Under the pieces are notes generated by a model. It was given only the letters and a program-made list of their open reading frames with translations, was not told where the DNA came from and did not search any database. This document shows positions 40,544-52,950 of a stretch of DNA of 64,000 nucleotides, piece by piece. Both the position numbers and the translations under genes were made by a program. Source of the DNA: Paraspadella gotoi (Eukaryota > Animalia > Chaetognatha); contig CM119266.1 in the NCBI GenBank assembly GCA_051294375.1, positions 11,737,609-11,801,608 on the forward strand, written 5' to 3'. Every line of letters begins with the position of its first letter. Within the stretch, counting starts at the first letter, position 1.

Positions 40544-42072
40544 TTTAGATGATGGAGGGATCCCAAGGCTTTCGTCCGCTGGCGAGGACAAAGTTCCTCG
40601 GCGCCTCGTCCTGGGGCGGCCTCTTTCGAGGATCCCAAGGCGGGAGGGCCTGATTCAACATCTTCGCCGTGACGGGCCACTGGAGCGGGTAGGGGGATTG
40701 AGATGGGGAGAAGGGAGAGGGTGAATGAAGTGGAGAAAAGTGAATCTCGAGGATGTGAAGGATGACCCAAACCTAATTTCGATTCAAAATAAACTAATTT
40801 AACGAATTTAAATTTCAAAACAATTCTTTAAAAAAAAAGTAAAACCTTTTTGAGGTTCTTTCCGAATTCGTTGGTGGATGACGTCTCGGAGGCGTTGCTC
40901 GATCGACGATCGCTTACGAAATCTTTGTCGTGCAGTTTCATCTTTTTGCCTAAAGAAACGGAGAGAAAAAAAAACCGAATGGCGAGGAGCAAATATATCG
41001 CGACGACAGCTGTCTGTTAAATGTTTGCGAACGGAAGTATTGACCATGTCGCTTTGCCGTGACTAAATAGAAACATAGTAACTCAATAGGAACGGAAAAC
41101 GTAGGGAATAACAAGGTTCATTCTTTAAGTATCATTTAAAACAATTAATCAATTCGAGAGGAAACCTCCATAGATTTATTATCGGATATTGAAAAAAAAT
41201 ATATTTCCGATATTAAAATATTCTTTATTAAAAATTATCGTGTGGCGAAACTTAATTTCGCCTCCCGTATAGCTTGGTGAAACACAGCTCGTTCCATTTT
41301 TTTATCTACATCTCATTTATCTCAACTCGAGCTCTTTTTAATTTTGAACCCAATTTTTACGGAATTATATAATGACTCCCTCCACGAACCATGAACAACG
41401 TATTCCGGATTCCTAATGTTGGTGGTGTTGGCCTTGCACCTCTCCATCATCTCACTCGCCATCCGCCCCATCCTTTCGGGCACGTCGTAGGGCAAGGCGC
41501 AGGACGGGCGGAAGGGATCCGGCTCGGGCTCCTTCTTCTTAGTGGAAGAGGCCGAGCTTGGCGATGAGAGGGTAAAGGGGTGGAGAATGGGATGCGTTTA
41601 AACGTATATATTTATAATAATATAAATAGTAACACTTCACTTTACATAATACATATCAATTATCAGGATTCATTGATTGAATGATTGATTGATTGATTAA
41701 ATTATTAAATTATTAAATGTTTGACTGATTGATTGATTGATAATTTTTATTTTTAATAGAGTAATAAAACCTTTGCTCCTCGTCCTCGCTCCTCCACTCA
41801 TAACTCTCGAATTCCCCGCCCGACGTCGACTCCTTGATCGTCCACTCCAGCCGCTCCACCTCCTGGCGCAAAACCTCCACCAGATTTTCTAGGTTCTTTC
41901 GTTCCAGTCGCTCGATGTCGTCGACGCAAACGCGTTCGTCCTGAGAGAATACAATTCTTTTATTACAATATTGTATCTGGTATATTGTTCAATTGTTTAA
42001 AAATTTTTTTTTTCATACTTCTTTCTTGCTTTGTTTATTTCTTTATTTCTTTCTTTCTTTCTTTCTTTCTTT

Positions 42073-42108
<36 letters not shown>

Positions 42109-42189
42109 TTCTTCTTTCTTTCTTTCTTTATTTATTTATTTATTTCTGTCTCTTAAGATTCCCCTCCTTTCTTCTTCTTTCTTCTTTCT

Positions 42190-42254
<65 letters not shown>

Positions 42255-42705
42255 CTCTTTTTTCTTCCCTTTCTCATTTTCCCTCCTCAACGCTGTCGAG
42301 TAAAGCGTTCCGCTCCGACCGAAACCAGGCGTGGTTCTTAAACTCTTCCTCCTCGCCAGGCCCCAACTTGATGAGCGCCGTCTGCGTCGCCTGATGTTTG
42401 GCGTCGTCGGTCTTGCGCGCAATGTCGTCCAACCCGCTGCGCTTGATCTTGTTCATCAGCTCCTCCAGGAAATCCTGACTTCCATCCAGCCAATCCTGTA
42501 GGTCCTGGACGTCGCCCTCCAAGTCTTTGATGCGATCCAGGTTCCTGGGGAAAGTTAAACCGACAGACAATGAGTTATCGGACAATGTAAAAAGAAAGGT
42601 AAAAAGTGGATAAAATTAAAAGTTGTAGATAGATCAATAAATAGATTTTGGGAGCGATTGATAAATATTTAGATATACAGATAGATAGATACGTAGGATA
42701 GATAT

Positions 42706-42769
<64 letters not shown>

Positions 42770-44364
42770 AAGGATAGATAGATAAACAACTATTTTCCAC
42801 AATAGTCGTTTTCGTTGACGTCATTCGTCCATTAAATCAGCGTGACGTCACTAATTCGAATTCCCAAGTGTGAGGTCTTGTGATGGATCACTCAAAATCA
42901 GATTTTGAGAATTTGAGTATATACTTCTCAAATCTTATCTCTGTAAGCTAAAGAAATTGTAAGAGATTTTCCGCCAAACTCGAGTATTAATGAACGCGGT
43001 TTGGCAGCTTGGGCCACCCCCTACAGAGGAGGCCAGTGGTTTGGATTATGAATCATTTTTAAATTTCCGTCTCACGGTGAAGTAAATAGGAATATTTAAT
43101 GTTCTTAAAATTGAAGATTGTTTGCTGAATGTTGACTCAATTCCTCGAATGGTTGTGGAAAAAAACTATGCGAAATGATTCGATAAGGACGAAAAATGTC
43201 AATGGCTCTTGACGTCGACAATGCCCAAAATATTTGGAGCTTCGTCGGTTGTTTGTCTTTGTCGTTTTGTTGGCAGCCACGAAAAGCTTTTTTGTCTGTT
43301 TGTACAAAGATAAAGACAGGCGCATAATCGTGTTGCTACATATCTTCTTCATACTTCCCCAACTCACTCGTATTGCTGCTTGTCCTTAAAATGCCGCAAC
43401 TCCTCCAACTCCTTGGAGGCGACGTCGAGTTTGGCCGTCAACTGCCCCCAAGGCTGCGCGATTTGCGCCAAGACCACGAAGGAGAGGGTGTGGCCGATGC
43501 TGGGGTCGACGACCAACTCGAGGTAGGGATCCAACGCCAGGGCCTCCTCCCAATACTTTTCGTATTTAGCGCGTTTGGCGTTGAGTTTCTCGCGGAGATC
43601 CTTGGCGGCTGGAGAAGAAAAGAAGTTGGCAGGGGCGTGAAGAGAACTGGTGGGCGCTTTAAAGAATTTGTCGGCTGGCCCCGGACGGCTTTTTAAGCTA
43701 AGCTAATTTCATCTCCGTAATATTGACATTATAACTTGAAGTAAAAAAAAAGAATATTTATGCATGTTTTTAAGGACTTGGAAAGTTATTAAATTTTTAG
43801 TTATATTTGCCTTTTTTTATTCCCTTTCTCGACTAGAATACCAGTGCCTTCAACATTTGTCAACTTTCCCCGCTCAGCATCCACACTCTCTCGACACTCC
43901 CCAGCCCACCACTCCGGCCCACCTTGTATCCCGTCCTCCTTCGTCGTCACCACCTTCTTGTCCATCATGTAGAGGAACTTGAGCGCCTTCTTCACCTGAT
44001 CCTCCCAGGAGGCTTTGGCCGCGCGATTCTCCTCGGACTTCTTGTCAATCACGCGTTGCAGCTTGGCGGCCTCCTTGTTGATGGCGGCCGTGTCTCGGCC
44101 GAACTGTTCCACCCAGAACCGGAGATGCCGATCCTTGGGGATGAGCAAATCCCAACTGCCCTTTTGTTTCTTGCCCTTCTTTCCCTTGTTGCGTTTGGCG
44201 GCGGCGACTTCGGCCGCTTTCGCCGCCGCCGCCGCCATCGCCATCATCGCTTCCTTCTGCTCTTGCTTCTTGCGCTCTTCTTCAGTCATTTCGGCGGGCT
44301 CTGCAGGCGCGGCCGCCGGCGCTTCCGGCGGCGGTTCCGGCGCCACCGGTGACGCGCCGTCCAT
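40544..44364 (-). CDS. Uncharacterised coiled-coil protein, about 7 exons
   Basis: Phase-compatible exons ~44364-43923, 43608-43368, 42544-42291, 41941-41772, 41558-41377, 40949-40846 and 40679-40544, with strong GC3 bias and heptad-like helices. It could instead be two genes if the stop at 42274 is used. Confidence 0.6.
41242..41296 (+). repeat. Truncated copy of the family B element (57792-58030)
   Basis: gtggcgaaacttaatttcgcctcccgtatagcttggtgaaacacagctcgttcca matches the first ~55 nt of the 57792 element. Confidence 0.7.
42020..42270. repeat. (TTTC)n microsatellite
   Basis: Intronic tandem tttc; a (GATA)n tract follows at 42680-42785. Confidence 0.9.
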
Positions 44365-44469
44365 TTTGTTGCCGAGTCTGGGGAACGAGGACTAAGGGAT
44401 GGGCGAGTCGGGATCCGGCTAACGAAAATTGTGAAAGAATAACAATTGTTTTAAAATTGAGATAATAGG

Positions 44470-44501
44470 CATAGCAACGTTCTCAGTTGCAACTGAGCAA
44501 C
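44470..44501. promoter_or_regulatory. Possible RFX X-box half-sites and a 16-bp palindrome ~110 bp upstream of the coiled-coil gene ATG
   Basis: CATAGCAAC (44470-44478), CTCAGTTGCAACTGAG palindrome (44482-44497), and GAGCAAC. Confidence 0.3.
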
Positions 44502-44812
44502 TGAACAACCAAACAAAAATATTCAATACTAGACAATACCTTGAGCATGGGAATCGTTCATAATACCGCTCTTACCAGTAGAAGTTTATCTCGCGTTAAA
44601 ACGCGCACGCAGAGATGAGCACGCAATTCAAAAGCTCGCACGAACTCGCACGCACCTGTTGGTTCGACCTCCTATTCCGACGAAGCTTTTATCGACCTAA
44701 AATCTCAATATCGCCTATTCTCCACTTTTATCAATTCAGTCTAAAAAGTCTCAGATCAAATCCCCCGGGTTAATCCGCTTTTGGATTTACATGGTTATTT
44801 CTTATGTGATTG

Positions 44813-44866
<54 letters not shown>

Positions 44867-45040
44867 CTTCTCTCTCTCTCTCTCTCTCTCTCTACTCTCT
44901 CCAAAACTCGTCCCACGACTTTTGGGCTCTGATCTGGTTTCGCGTCAGAAGATAATTTTCGATCCTTGACGAACGAATTTCTTCACGTAACGGAGTAGAT
45001 ACGTTTTCAAAAAAAAAAACTTTTTTGCTTCTTGAATTCA

Positions 45041-45668
45041 AACAAGTTTGAGCAAACAATGTCGGATCTGCCTACGATAAATAAGCGGTAATAAGCTAAA
45101 CCGATGATAAATATTTTCTGACTTTCAGTTTGTGATCTTAACAGATCATAACATAACAAATCATAACAGACTTCTTAATAAATCTATGAAAAATCTTTAA
45201 ATCAATTGATCTATCACTCATACCAACTTGCATGATTTAGTTAACTTGCATAATTTGGTAATATTGCATAATTTGGTCAATTTGCATAATTTGGTCAACT
45301 GGCATAATTTAATGAACTTGAATTATTTGTTCAACTGGCATAATTTGGTTAACTGGCATAATTTGGTCAACTAGCATAATTTGGTCAACATGCAGAATTT
45401 GGTCAACTGGCATACTTGGATCAACTGGCATAATTTGGTTAACTGGCATAATTTGGTTTACTGGCATAATTTTATGTACTGGCATAATCCATCCATCCAA
45501 TCACGAGTAATTGGTGTTTAATGAAAAGGTGGGACGGACCTTCAGACAGACAGATGGATGTTCTTATATGATAAAAATTATTTACCGACCAGATTTTGGG
45601 GTGGGGCCGACTGACCGACAAAGTTAATTATAGAGTCGGAATCTGCGATAAGCAGAACCGACTAAAAA
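45041..45668 (-). mobile_element. HINE/DINE-1-like element, copy 3, with an expanded 18-bp minisatellite
   Basis: Same ends as 21131-21962 (aacaagtttgagcaaacaatgtcggatctgcc ... gagtcggaatctgcgataagcagaaccgactaaaaa). About 14 units of ggtcaactggcataattt at 45225-45490. Confidence 0.75.
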
Positions 45669-46300
45669 TTGTTTAAAACAACTTAGCAACATTAAAAGAG
45701 TATTTTTAAAAAAAATGCCAACGAAAAGAAAATAATAAAATAAAACTAGAAAATCCAAACCACACAACATATTATCTTTATCTTCAAGTTTAACATAATG
45801 AAGCATTATTTTCTCGAATAAGATCATCGCCTGACATGTCTCATTAGAAATGAGCGCATTAATTCTCAAGACTCATTATCAATCGACGTCTACGATTGTT
45901 TATTTCGTTAAAAGTTCCGCCTAAAAGTTTATTTCCAACTTATCTGAGCGATTTTGACTAAAAAAAAAGGGCAAAAACCGAATTTATTTGAACCCTATTC
46001 ATCAATTTAAAAAAAAAATTTACTTCTAAGGCTTTTTTTATTCGGGTACAACGTTAGCTCTTTTTCAGATCATGAATTGAATCCTTTCCCACCTTTCACA
46101 CGTTTATTTTAATTCTGAAATTGTATATTAAAATCCGGAAACTCCTTTTTTATAGGATTCTTTTTTCCCGTTTTTTTTTGGGACTAATACATCCAGTAGA
46201 CATTTGCAATTCTATTGGAACAATAAAATCCCTTCAAGTCATTATAACAAACTGACATTTAAGCAATGAACGTAATAAAGCGAACCGCTCGCTTCAGAGA

Positions 46301-46349
46301 TGACGTCAAGTACCGACTAATTACGTCAAAAAACTGGGGTCTGACGTCA
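46301..46349. promoter_or_regulatory. Cluster of cAMP-response-element (CRE/ATF) sites
   Basis: TGACGTCA (46301), TTACGTCA (46321) and TGACGTCA (46342), about 20 bp apart, in the divergent intergenic region upstream of the IP3 kinase gene. Confidence 0.45.
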
Positions 46350-46462
46350 TCCAAACTTTTTTGGAAGAAAAAAAAAGAATTCCGTTTATCTTCACCGGTG
46401 CTGCGCGTCTTGCGGATCTGCAGGGCTGCTCTCTCTCTTCTCTCTCTCTCTCTCTCTCTTCT

Positions 46463-46525
<63 letters not shown>

Positions 46526-47127
46526 GCCTTTCTAGGATTTTTCGTGTGTGTGTTTGTTCATCTGCTCCAACTCTAAAAAAATTTTTGACCCTCAGTCCTG
46601 TGTTTTTCGATCCTGGGTCCCAGTTAAGTTAAGTCATCTCTGGTTCCCCCATCGTTTCTTTTTTTTTTCTTCTTCTTTTGTTTTTATATTTTTTTTTCCC
46701 TCCATCGATTCTCATTTTTTGACCGTCTTATTTTTTTCTAAATCGATTTTTGCTCATTTTTTTATTGATATTTTAAGACTTAAAAACAACAAAACGGACA
46801 ACATTAAAAAAATTATAAAATTTACTTTTTTTTCTTTTTCCCTCGTTGATGAATGTATTTCTGTCCAAAATTTTTCAATATAAAACCGAAACAATACTCA
46901 AGAAAAACAAACTTAAACGCGAAAATATGAATTGTACGTCAAAACCAAATACTTTGTACTTTAAAGAGCCAAACAAAAGATAAGAATAAACTGTATCTTT
47001 TTTTTTCTCTCTCTTTCTTTTTCTGAAAAATAAAATGAAGTTCGTTCGAATCAAAATTTCGAATTTAAATTTTTTTTCAAAAGACGCGTCCCGCTCGAAA
47101 TTAATCGTTTTTAAAAAAATATTTTGA

Positions 47128-47235
<108 letters not shown>

Positions 47236-47587
47236 CTATTTTTAAATAGATTTGACTTGACACTTGAATGACTCCCCCTTGATTGTCCCGACTTTCAAAT
47301 TGCCTCCAAATTCTTTCCTCAAAAAATCCTCGGGTTTTTCACCGAAATTTTTAAGCCGCGCGACAGAAAAAAAAAAAATAGAAAAAAAGGGTCATTTTTA
47401 ACAGCGCCCCTTTTTACACACGAAGGCGACGACATATTGTTTTTTTCTTTTTTTTTTTTTTTGGAAAAACGATTTTTTTTTCTTTCTCCGTCTCCTTACG
47501 TTTTAGAGGAGCGGTTTAATTTCGAAAGATGATTGGGCGAATTTACGACGCTTGGAGAGCCATTGGTGAAAAAGAGAATGAACCCAG

Positions 47588-47638
<51 letters not shown>

Positions 47639-47920
47639 TCTCTCTTCTCTCTCTCTCTCTCTCTCTCCGGGCGTCATTCTCGTTTTTTTTTTTTTTTTTT
47701 CCCACCGGTTTTTATATTTTTTTTTAATTTTTTTATTCGCATTTTATTTTCGCCCACGATTTAATTAACGAAGATCCGTAAAGTACTATCTATTAAAGGA
47801 CTTAATTAATCGAATCGATTCTTGAATTAAATTAAAGTTGTCGTGACATCGATTTTAATGAAGGTCGTTTGACTCAGGAACGTCTCGCTTCTTCGTCCAC
47901 AGACGTCTTGAGAAGCAACT

Positions 47921-49932
47921 ATGACGCAGTTGGCAGGTAACAGACAATAAACTTTTATAAATTAAAAACAAACAGGATAATGTAGTGACGTTATATCATT
48001 ATCCGTTGGATACGACCGTTCCTTCATTCAGCGACATAATAGCGCACTGGTCTTAACGCATAATCTCCGAACTCAATACTCCCGAGTTCTAACCCTGGTC
48101 GGAACGGTCCTTTCAAAAGGAGTGACGGGCCGGTTAAACCTCCGGTAGCAAGCCTACCGCCCGATCCGGAATTCCGGAAAGCAATGCTATTGACGGATAA
48201 ATCTTTCAGACCTTTTGGGCACACTAAGTGTGCCGGCGACCCGCTTTCCTCTCGGGCACTTCAATGTGTTTTTTTTATTTAAATTACTGGAAGATTGATG
48301 TACAGTATTTGCTTCACACGGAAAGTTTTCTGCCCTAGAATTCGGAATGTCAATTTTCTTTAGTAAATTCGCAATACGTAAAACCGGAAAAACAGCTTCT
48401 ATTAATCTTAATAAATCTACGAAAAAGTCTAGACTGATGAATGACGCATTGACAATGTTAATATGATAGTACATTAGTACAATAGTACCTTTAAAAAATA
48501 TTAAAAAACAACTTTCTTAATTCCTTCGATTACACAACGACTCTTTAATTTCGCGCCATTCGCGCCGTCGAAATGTTTTCCCAATTTATTGTCTCGTTGG
48601 ACGAGTTCTGCTGCTGCACAAAAAAAAAAAAACAACAACCAGAACTAAAGATTGTCAATCTGATTGTATTTCGGGTTCGCAGGTCACAAAGGAGGCTTCA
48701 TCGAGGCCAAGGCCGGCTTCATGCTCAAGAAGCTCAAGGAGAAAGAGTCGCGCTGCCTCAAGCTTCTCATGAAGGACGAGTTGAAGTCGTTCGTACCAGA
48801 GTTTAGTGGAGTGGTGGTCAAAGATGGAGCCGAATACATCGAAATGAAAGTGAGTCGTTGTGCGTGAACGAATGAATAAATGAGTGAATGGTTGTATGAG
48901 TGAACGAACGATTAAATGAGTGAATGGTTGAATGACTAATTGGATTGACCGATTACGAATTGCATCAAAGCTCAATTTATAAATTAATGATTAAAAAAAT
49001 TAATGAATTAAATAACTTTCTGAAATCAAAATGCTTATTATAACACTCTTGAAATTATAATTCTTTAATTAGATAAATTTCACTCAAATGTTTATCATGA
49101 ATTATTTAATGCCCCATGCTTTAAGATTACCTTTTTCAACAGGCATAATTTAAGTACATCTTTACCAAGTTTGTTATAAAAAAAACATAATCATGTTATA
49201 AAAAAAAACCGTCTAGTATTATGCAAATCCCTTCACCAGGATCTCCTGATGGACTTCAATTCTCCCGCCATCATGGACGTCAAGATCGGAACTCGAACCT
49301 ACGTAGGCGACGACGACGACGACGACGACCCCAACGATAACGACGACGACGACCGGCCACGCCCCGACCTCTACGCCAAGATGGTGGCCATCGACCCCGC
49401 GGCCCCGACAGAGCAAGAGCGGCGCGACGGCTTCATCACCAAGTGGCGCTACATGGACTATCGCGACTCCATCTCTTCCACCAAGTCACTGGGATTCCGA
49501 CTTGAGGCCGTGCGGCTCGGCGGCGGCGCGGGAGGCGGCTGCGGCGCCGTCTCCAAAGACTTCAAGACGCTCAAAGAAGCCGACGACGTGGCGAAAGAGT
49601 TTCGTCGTTTCGCGGGAGGCGACGCCGCCATCCTACGGCGATATCTCGAGCGCCTCCTCCGCCTGCGGGAGACGTTGGAGATTTCCGAGTTTGTCCGGAG
49701 TCACGAGATGGTCGGGAGCAGCCTGCTGTTTGCCCACGACGCCGACGACAGATTCGGAGTTTGGATGATTGACTTCGCCAACACTGATCCTCTGCCGAAG
49801 GGCGTCATCGTCACACATCGGGCGCCAATCGTCCAGGGAAATCACGAAGACGGTTACCTCTTCGGCGTCGACAACATCTTGGAGATTTTTGAGCGGCTGA
49901 TGCTGGAAACAGAGGCGCCGTCGGGGTCTTGA
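47921..49932 (+). CDS. Inositol-1,4,5-trisphosphate 3-kinase-like protein (IPK superfamily), catalytic domain only
   Basis: Exons 47921-47936, 48683-48849 and 49240-49932 join in frame: MTQLAGHKGGF...VPEFSG...DLLMDFNSPAIMDVKIGTRTY (PxxxDxKxG), RPDLYAKM, TKWRYM, SSTKSLGFRLE, GSSLLF, WMIDFA, NHEDGYLFGVDN. Confidence 0.92.
48000..48276 (+). ncRNA. Structured tRNA-derived element or candidate Pol III ncRNA in IP3K intron 1
   Basis: A GC-rich island with A-box-like TAGCGCACTGG and B-box-like GAGTTCTAACCC. Stems: GACCGTTCC/GGAACGGTC, GGTAG/CTACC, TCCGGAATTCCGGA, GGCACAC/GTGTGCC. Ends in a T8 run. Confidence 0.5.
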
Positions 49933-51040
49933 AGGACCGGAAAGCGGCGTCTTTTTGGCGTCGGCGTCGTCGCCTCAAACCGGTTTCCTTTTTTTCGATT
50001 AATTGCGTCCGTACCATTTACGTTTTCTCCGTCATTTGCACGTGTGCTCCAGTTAGTCCGATTAGATATTATTAGGTAAAGGAATGTGTAATAAATAACA
50101 TAATTCTGATAAAATACGATGAGACTCCTAGTCACAAATAATCACTTGTTCGAAAGTTTTTCGATAGCCGGTCAGCTATGATAAAGTAGTTGTCATGAAA
50201 ATGCCTCTTGTCTTTTATCTTTTTATCTAAACGTTAGCATTGTTTATCATTTTTTCATGTATTTATGTTTGTTTCTATCGCCAATTAAAAAAATTGTCAT
50301 GACTTTGTACAAACGGTTATTCTTTTTCGACTAACAAAAAATTTTGTACATTATAAATTTTCTATTTCTGAAATGAAAGAGAAATCAATAAACGAAAAAA
50401 AGAGATCTCTAAAATGATTTGAACTTTCTATTATTTTTCTTCTTAGTTTATTTGAATATTTATAGTTTAATAAACCTGATTGTAAACGGTTCAAAATTCC
50501 CTGTTAGGGCAAACAAAGCAGATTCTATCTAGACCGAGAGAACTTAAATTTTGTCCTTTAAATGAGACAAAATTTTTGAAATAATTTTACCTTCACTATT
50601 ACATTTATCACGATTTAGTAGTGATTCTATTTTTTCGCTTTGTTCCACCTGTCCACAGTAACGTTGTCCTAGTTTTAGTTTTTGGTATTTCGATTTTTTA
50701 GTTTAAGAACTAAGTCTACGCCGTAGAATACCCTATTTTTATTCATAAGTTCATTACCATTTTTAGCATGCTGTTCGTTTCAAGTGAAATATAATTTTTA
50801 AAATGTGACCTATAGTTTTATTTATTCCGAAATTATCAAAAGTAGTTATAATGTTCTAATAAGTTAAAAATAATTATGATCAGTTAATCGTATAAGTATA
50901 ATTCATATCGATTTTAAAAAATACGAACACGGAACAGAATTTTTTTATTTTAAATTGACTACTTACGATAGTGATATCAACTATGATCATTAATCAAATC
51001 CGAAAATGAACGCCGACAAACAAAATTTCCCTCCTTCTCG

Positions 51041-51100
<60 letters not shown>

Positions 51101-51136
51101 CTCTCTTCTCTCTCTCTCTCTCGCATCCTTAAACCT

Positions 51137-52950
51137 TCAACTTCTTGACACCTCTTCGAACTTCTCCAAGAATATCTCGGCGTGATGCGGCTGAAAGACG
51201 AGTGCGGGCCGCATCCTGACGGACAAATCCCCGCATCCTCCGGTCTGGACGCCGTTGTTGCGCATCCAATGTACGAAGGCGTCGCGCGATTCGGTGGATG
51301 GAAGGTCGTAGGCGAGAAAGGTTCCCCGTCCTCGCAGGTTAAAGACCTTTTCCGGAAAGGTCTCAGCCACCCGCCCCATTCCTTCCTTCAACGCCGCTCC
51401 GGCCGCGTTCACGTTCTCCAGCAGATTTTTCTCCTCCATCACGCGCAGCACCTTCTCCAGCATCAGCAGCTTGGACGGCTCCCCGATCCAAGTGCTCATG
51501 ATCCGATAGGGCTCGGCTGGGCGGAGCTCGGCGTTGCAAAAGTATCCCCCGACAAGCATCTTCTTACTGAAGGAGACGACGTCCGGCGGGCTGGGTAGGT
51601 CCCAATGCTCGTGGCCCCAGAACTTGCCCGTGGGCCCGCCGCCGGTTTGGACCTCGTCCACGATGAAGTAGGCGGCGTGCTTCTTGGCGATCATTTGGAG
51701 GCCGCGGGCGAACTCTTTGCTGCAATGGTTGTCGCCGCCTTCGGCCTGAATTGGCTCGAGCACGACGATCGCGACGGGCGAGTTCTTCTGAGTGGCCCAT
51801 TCCTCCATGAGCTCCTCGACGCGAGAGAGGCAGTTCATGTCCTGTTGACGGTTGTGGTCCTCGTTGGCCTCGAGCGGGTACTTGTACCTGGGGAAGGGCG
51901 CCATTGGCCAATCGAATTGGGGCACGTCGGCCTTGTGAATGGCCTGCGGAAAAGGTGGATGGGTTTGGCGGGAAACTTTTGTACAACAGTTTTCCTTTTT
52001 CCTTGTTATTTCCTTGAAATTTTTTTCTGTTTTTCCGTCGGACGGTTTTTTCTATCGTTCTTTTCCGTCACTTTATAACTTTATACTATATTGTCTGGAT
52101 TTGAAGGTGTTAATTTTTTTGTAACTTCCAGCATATATAAATATATATATATCAATTTTTTTACTCATACGTTTGATGGTATTTTTCTTTTAAAATATAA
52201 AAGTTAATATAATTATGTTAATGATTCTCTTTATATATAACTCTTCACCTTTGACCTCGACGCGGACAAAGTCCCCATCGTCCGCCCATGAAATCCTCCG
52301 CTAAAGCTTAGCACGGAGAGACTCGGCGCCCCTGGCGCCTTGTTCAACATCACTGTGTCGAGCTCTTCTTGAGTGGGCGGCTTCCCTCCCCTCTTCTTGG
52401 TCCTGTAGGCGATGAAGCAAGCCTTGAAGGCGTTCTCGTTCGCCGTGGAACCGCAGGTCATCGTCTGCACTTCGCTCAGTCCCGCTGGCGCCACCTTCAT
52501 CAGGGTCCGCCGCAGCAAATCTACCCAGTCGTGCGGCGGCAGCGGCCCCAGCGCCGGCCGGTTGGCGAAACTGGACACCGCCTCCGGCCGGGAGAAGACC
52601 TCAAGGATCTCCGGGTGATTGTAGCCCAAAGGCATGGAGGAAATTTGCTGGAATACGTCCAGCATGACGTTGCCGTCCGCGTCGACGAGGTAGTTGCCGA
52701 TGGATTTGCCGTAATCGCAGAAGAACTGCAGCACCGAGGTGTTGTGCATCGCCGTCAACTCCTTCTTCAGTTCGAGGCTACGAGGACCCGGATGCGGCGT
52801 CAACATACGGGGCCCGGAGGGTTCCCCGGGGACGAGCGGCTCTCTGGAAGATGACGCCGCCGTGGCGTTGGCGCGGAGCAACGCCGGTTTAGAGGAAGCG
52901 GCTCGCTTTAAGAGACGGCGAGATATGATGCCAAAAGAGGACATAGCCAT
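51137..52950 (-). CDS. ABAT: 4-aminobutyrate aminotransferase, mitochondrial (GABA transaminase)
   Basis: Two exons, 52950-52249 and 51943-51137, join as SRSK|AIHKADVPQFDWP. Arg/Ser-rich targeting peptide; motifs PLGYNHP, CGSTANENAFK, FHGRT, EPIQAEGGD, DEVQTG, and the PLP lysine in SFSKK. Confidence 0.97.

Noticed and set aside
45225-45490. Regular 18-bp repeats as a CRISPR-like array or repeat protein (ORF 45309-45500)
   Set aside because: Head-to-tail minisatellite with no unique spacers, inside a HINE element, in a eukaryotic context.
48089-48096. CTAACCCT as a telomerase RNA template in the structured intronic element
   Set aside because: The same GTTCTAACCC occurs as the T-loop/B-box in family A copy 2, and no pseudoknot U-run, P6.1 or H/ACA domain was evident.
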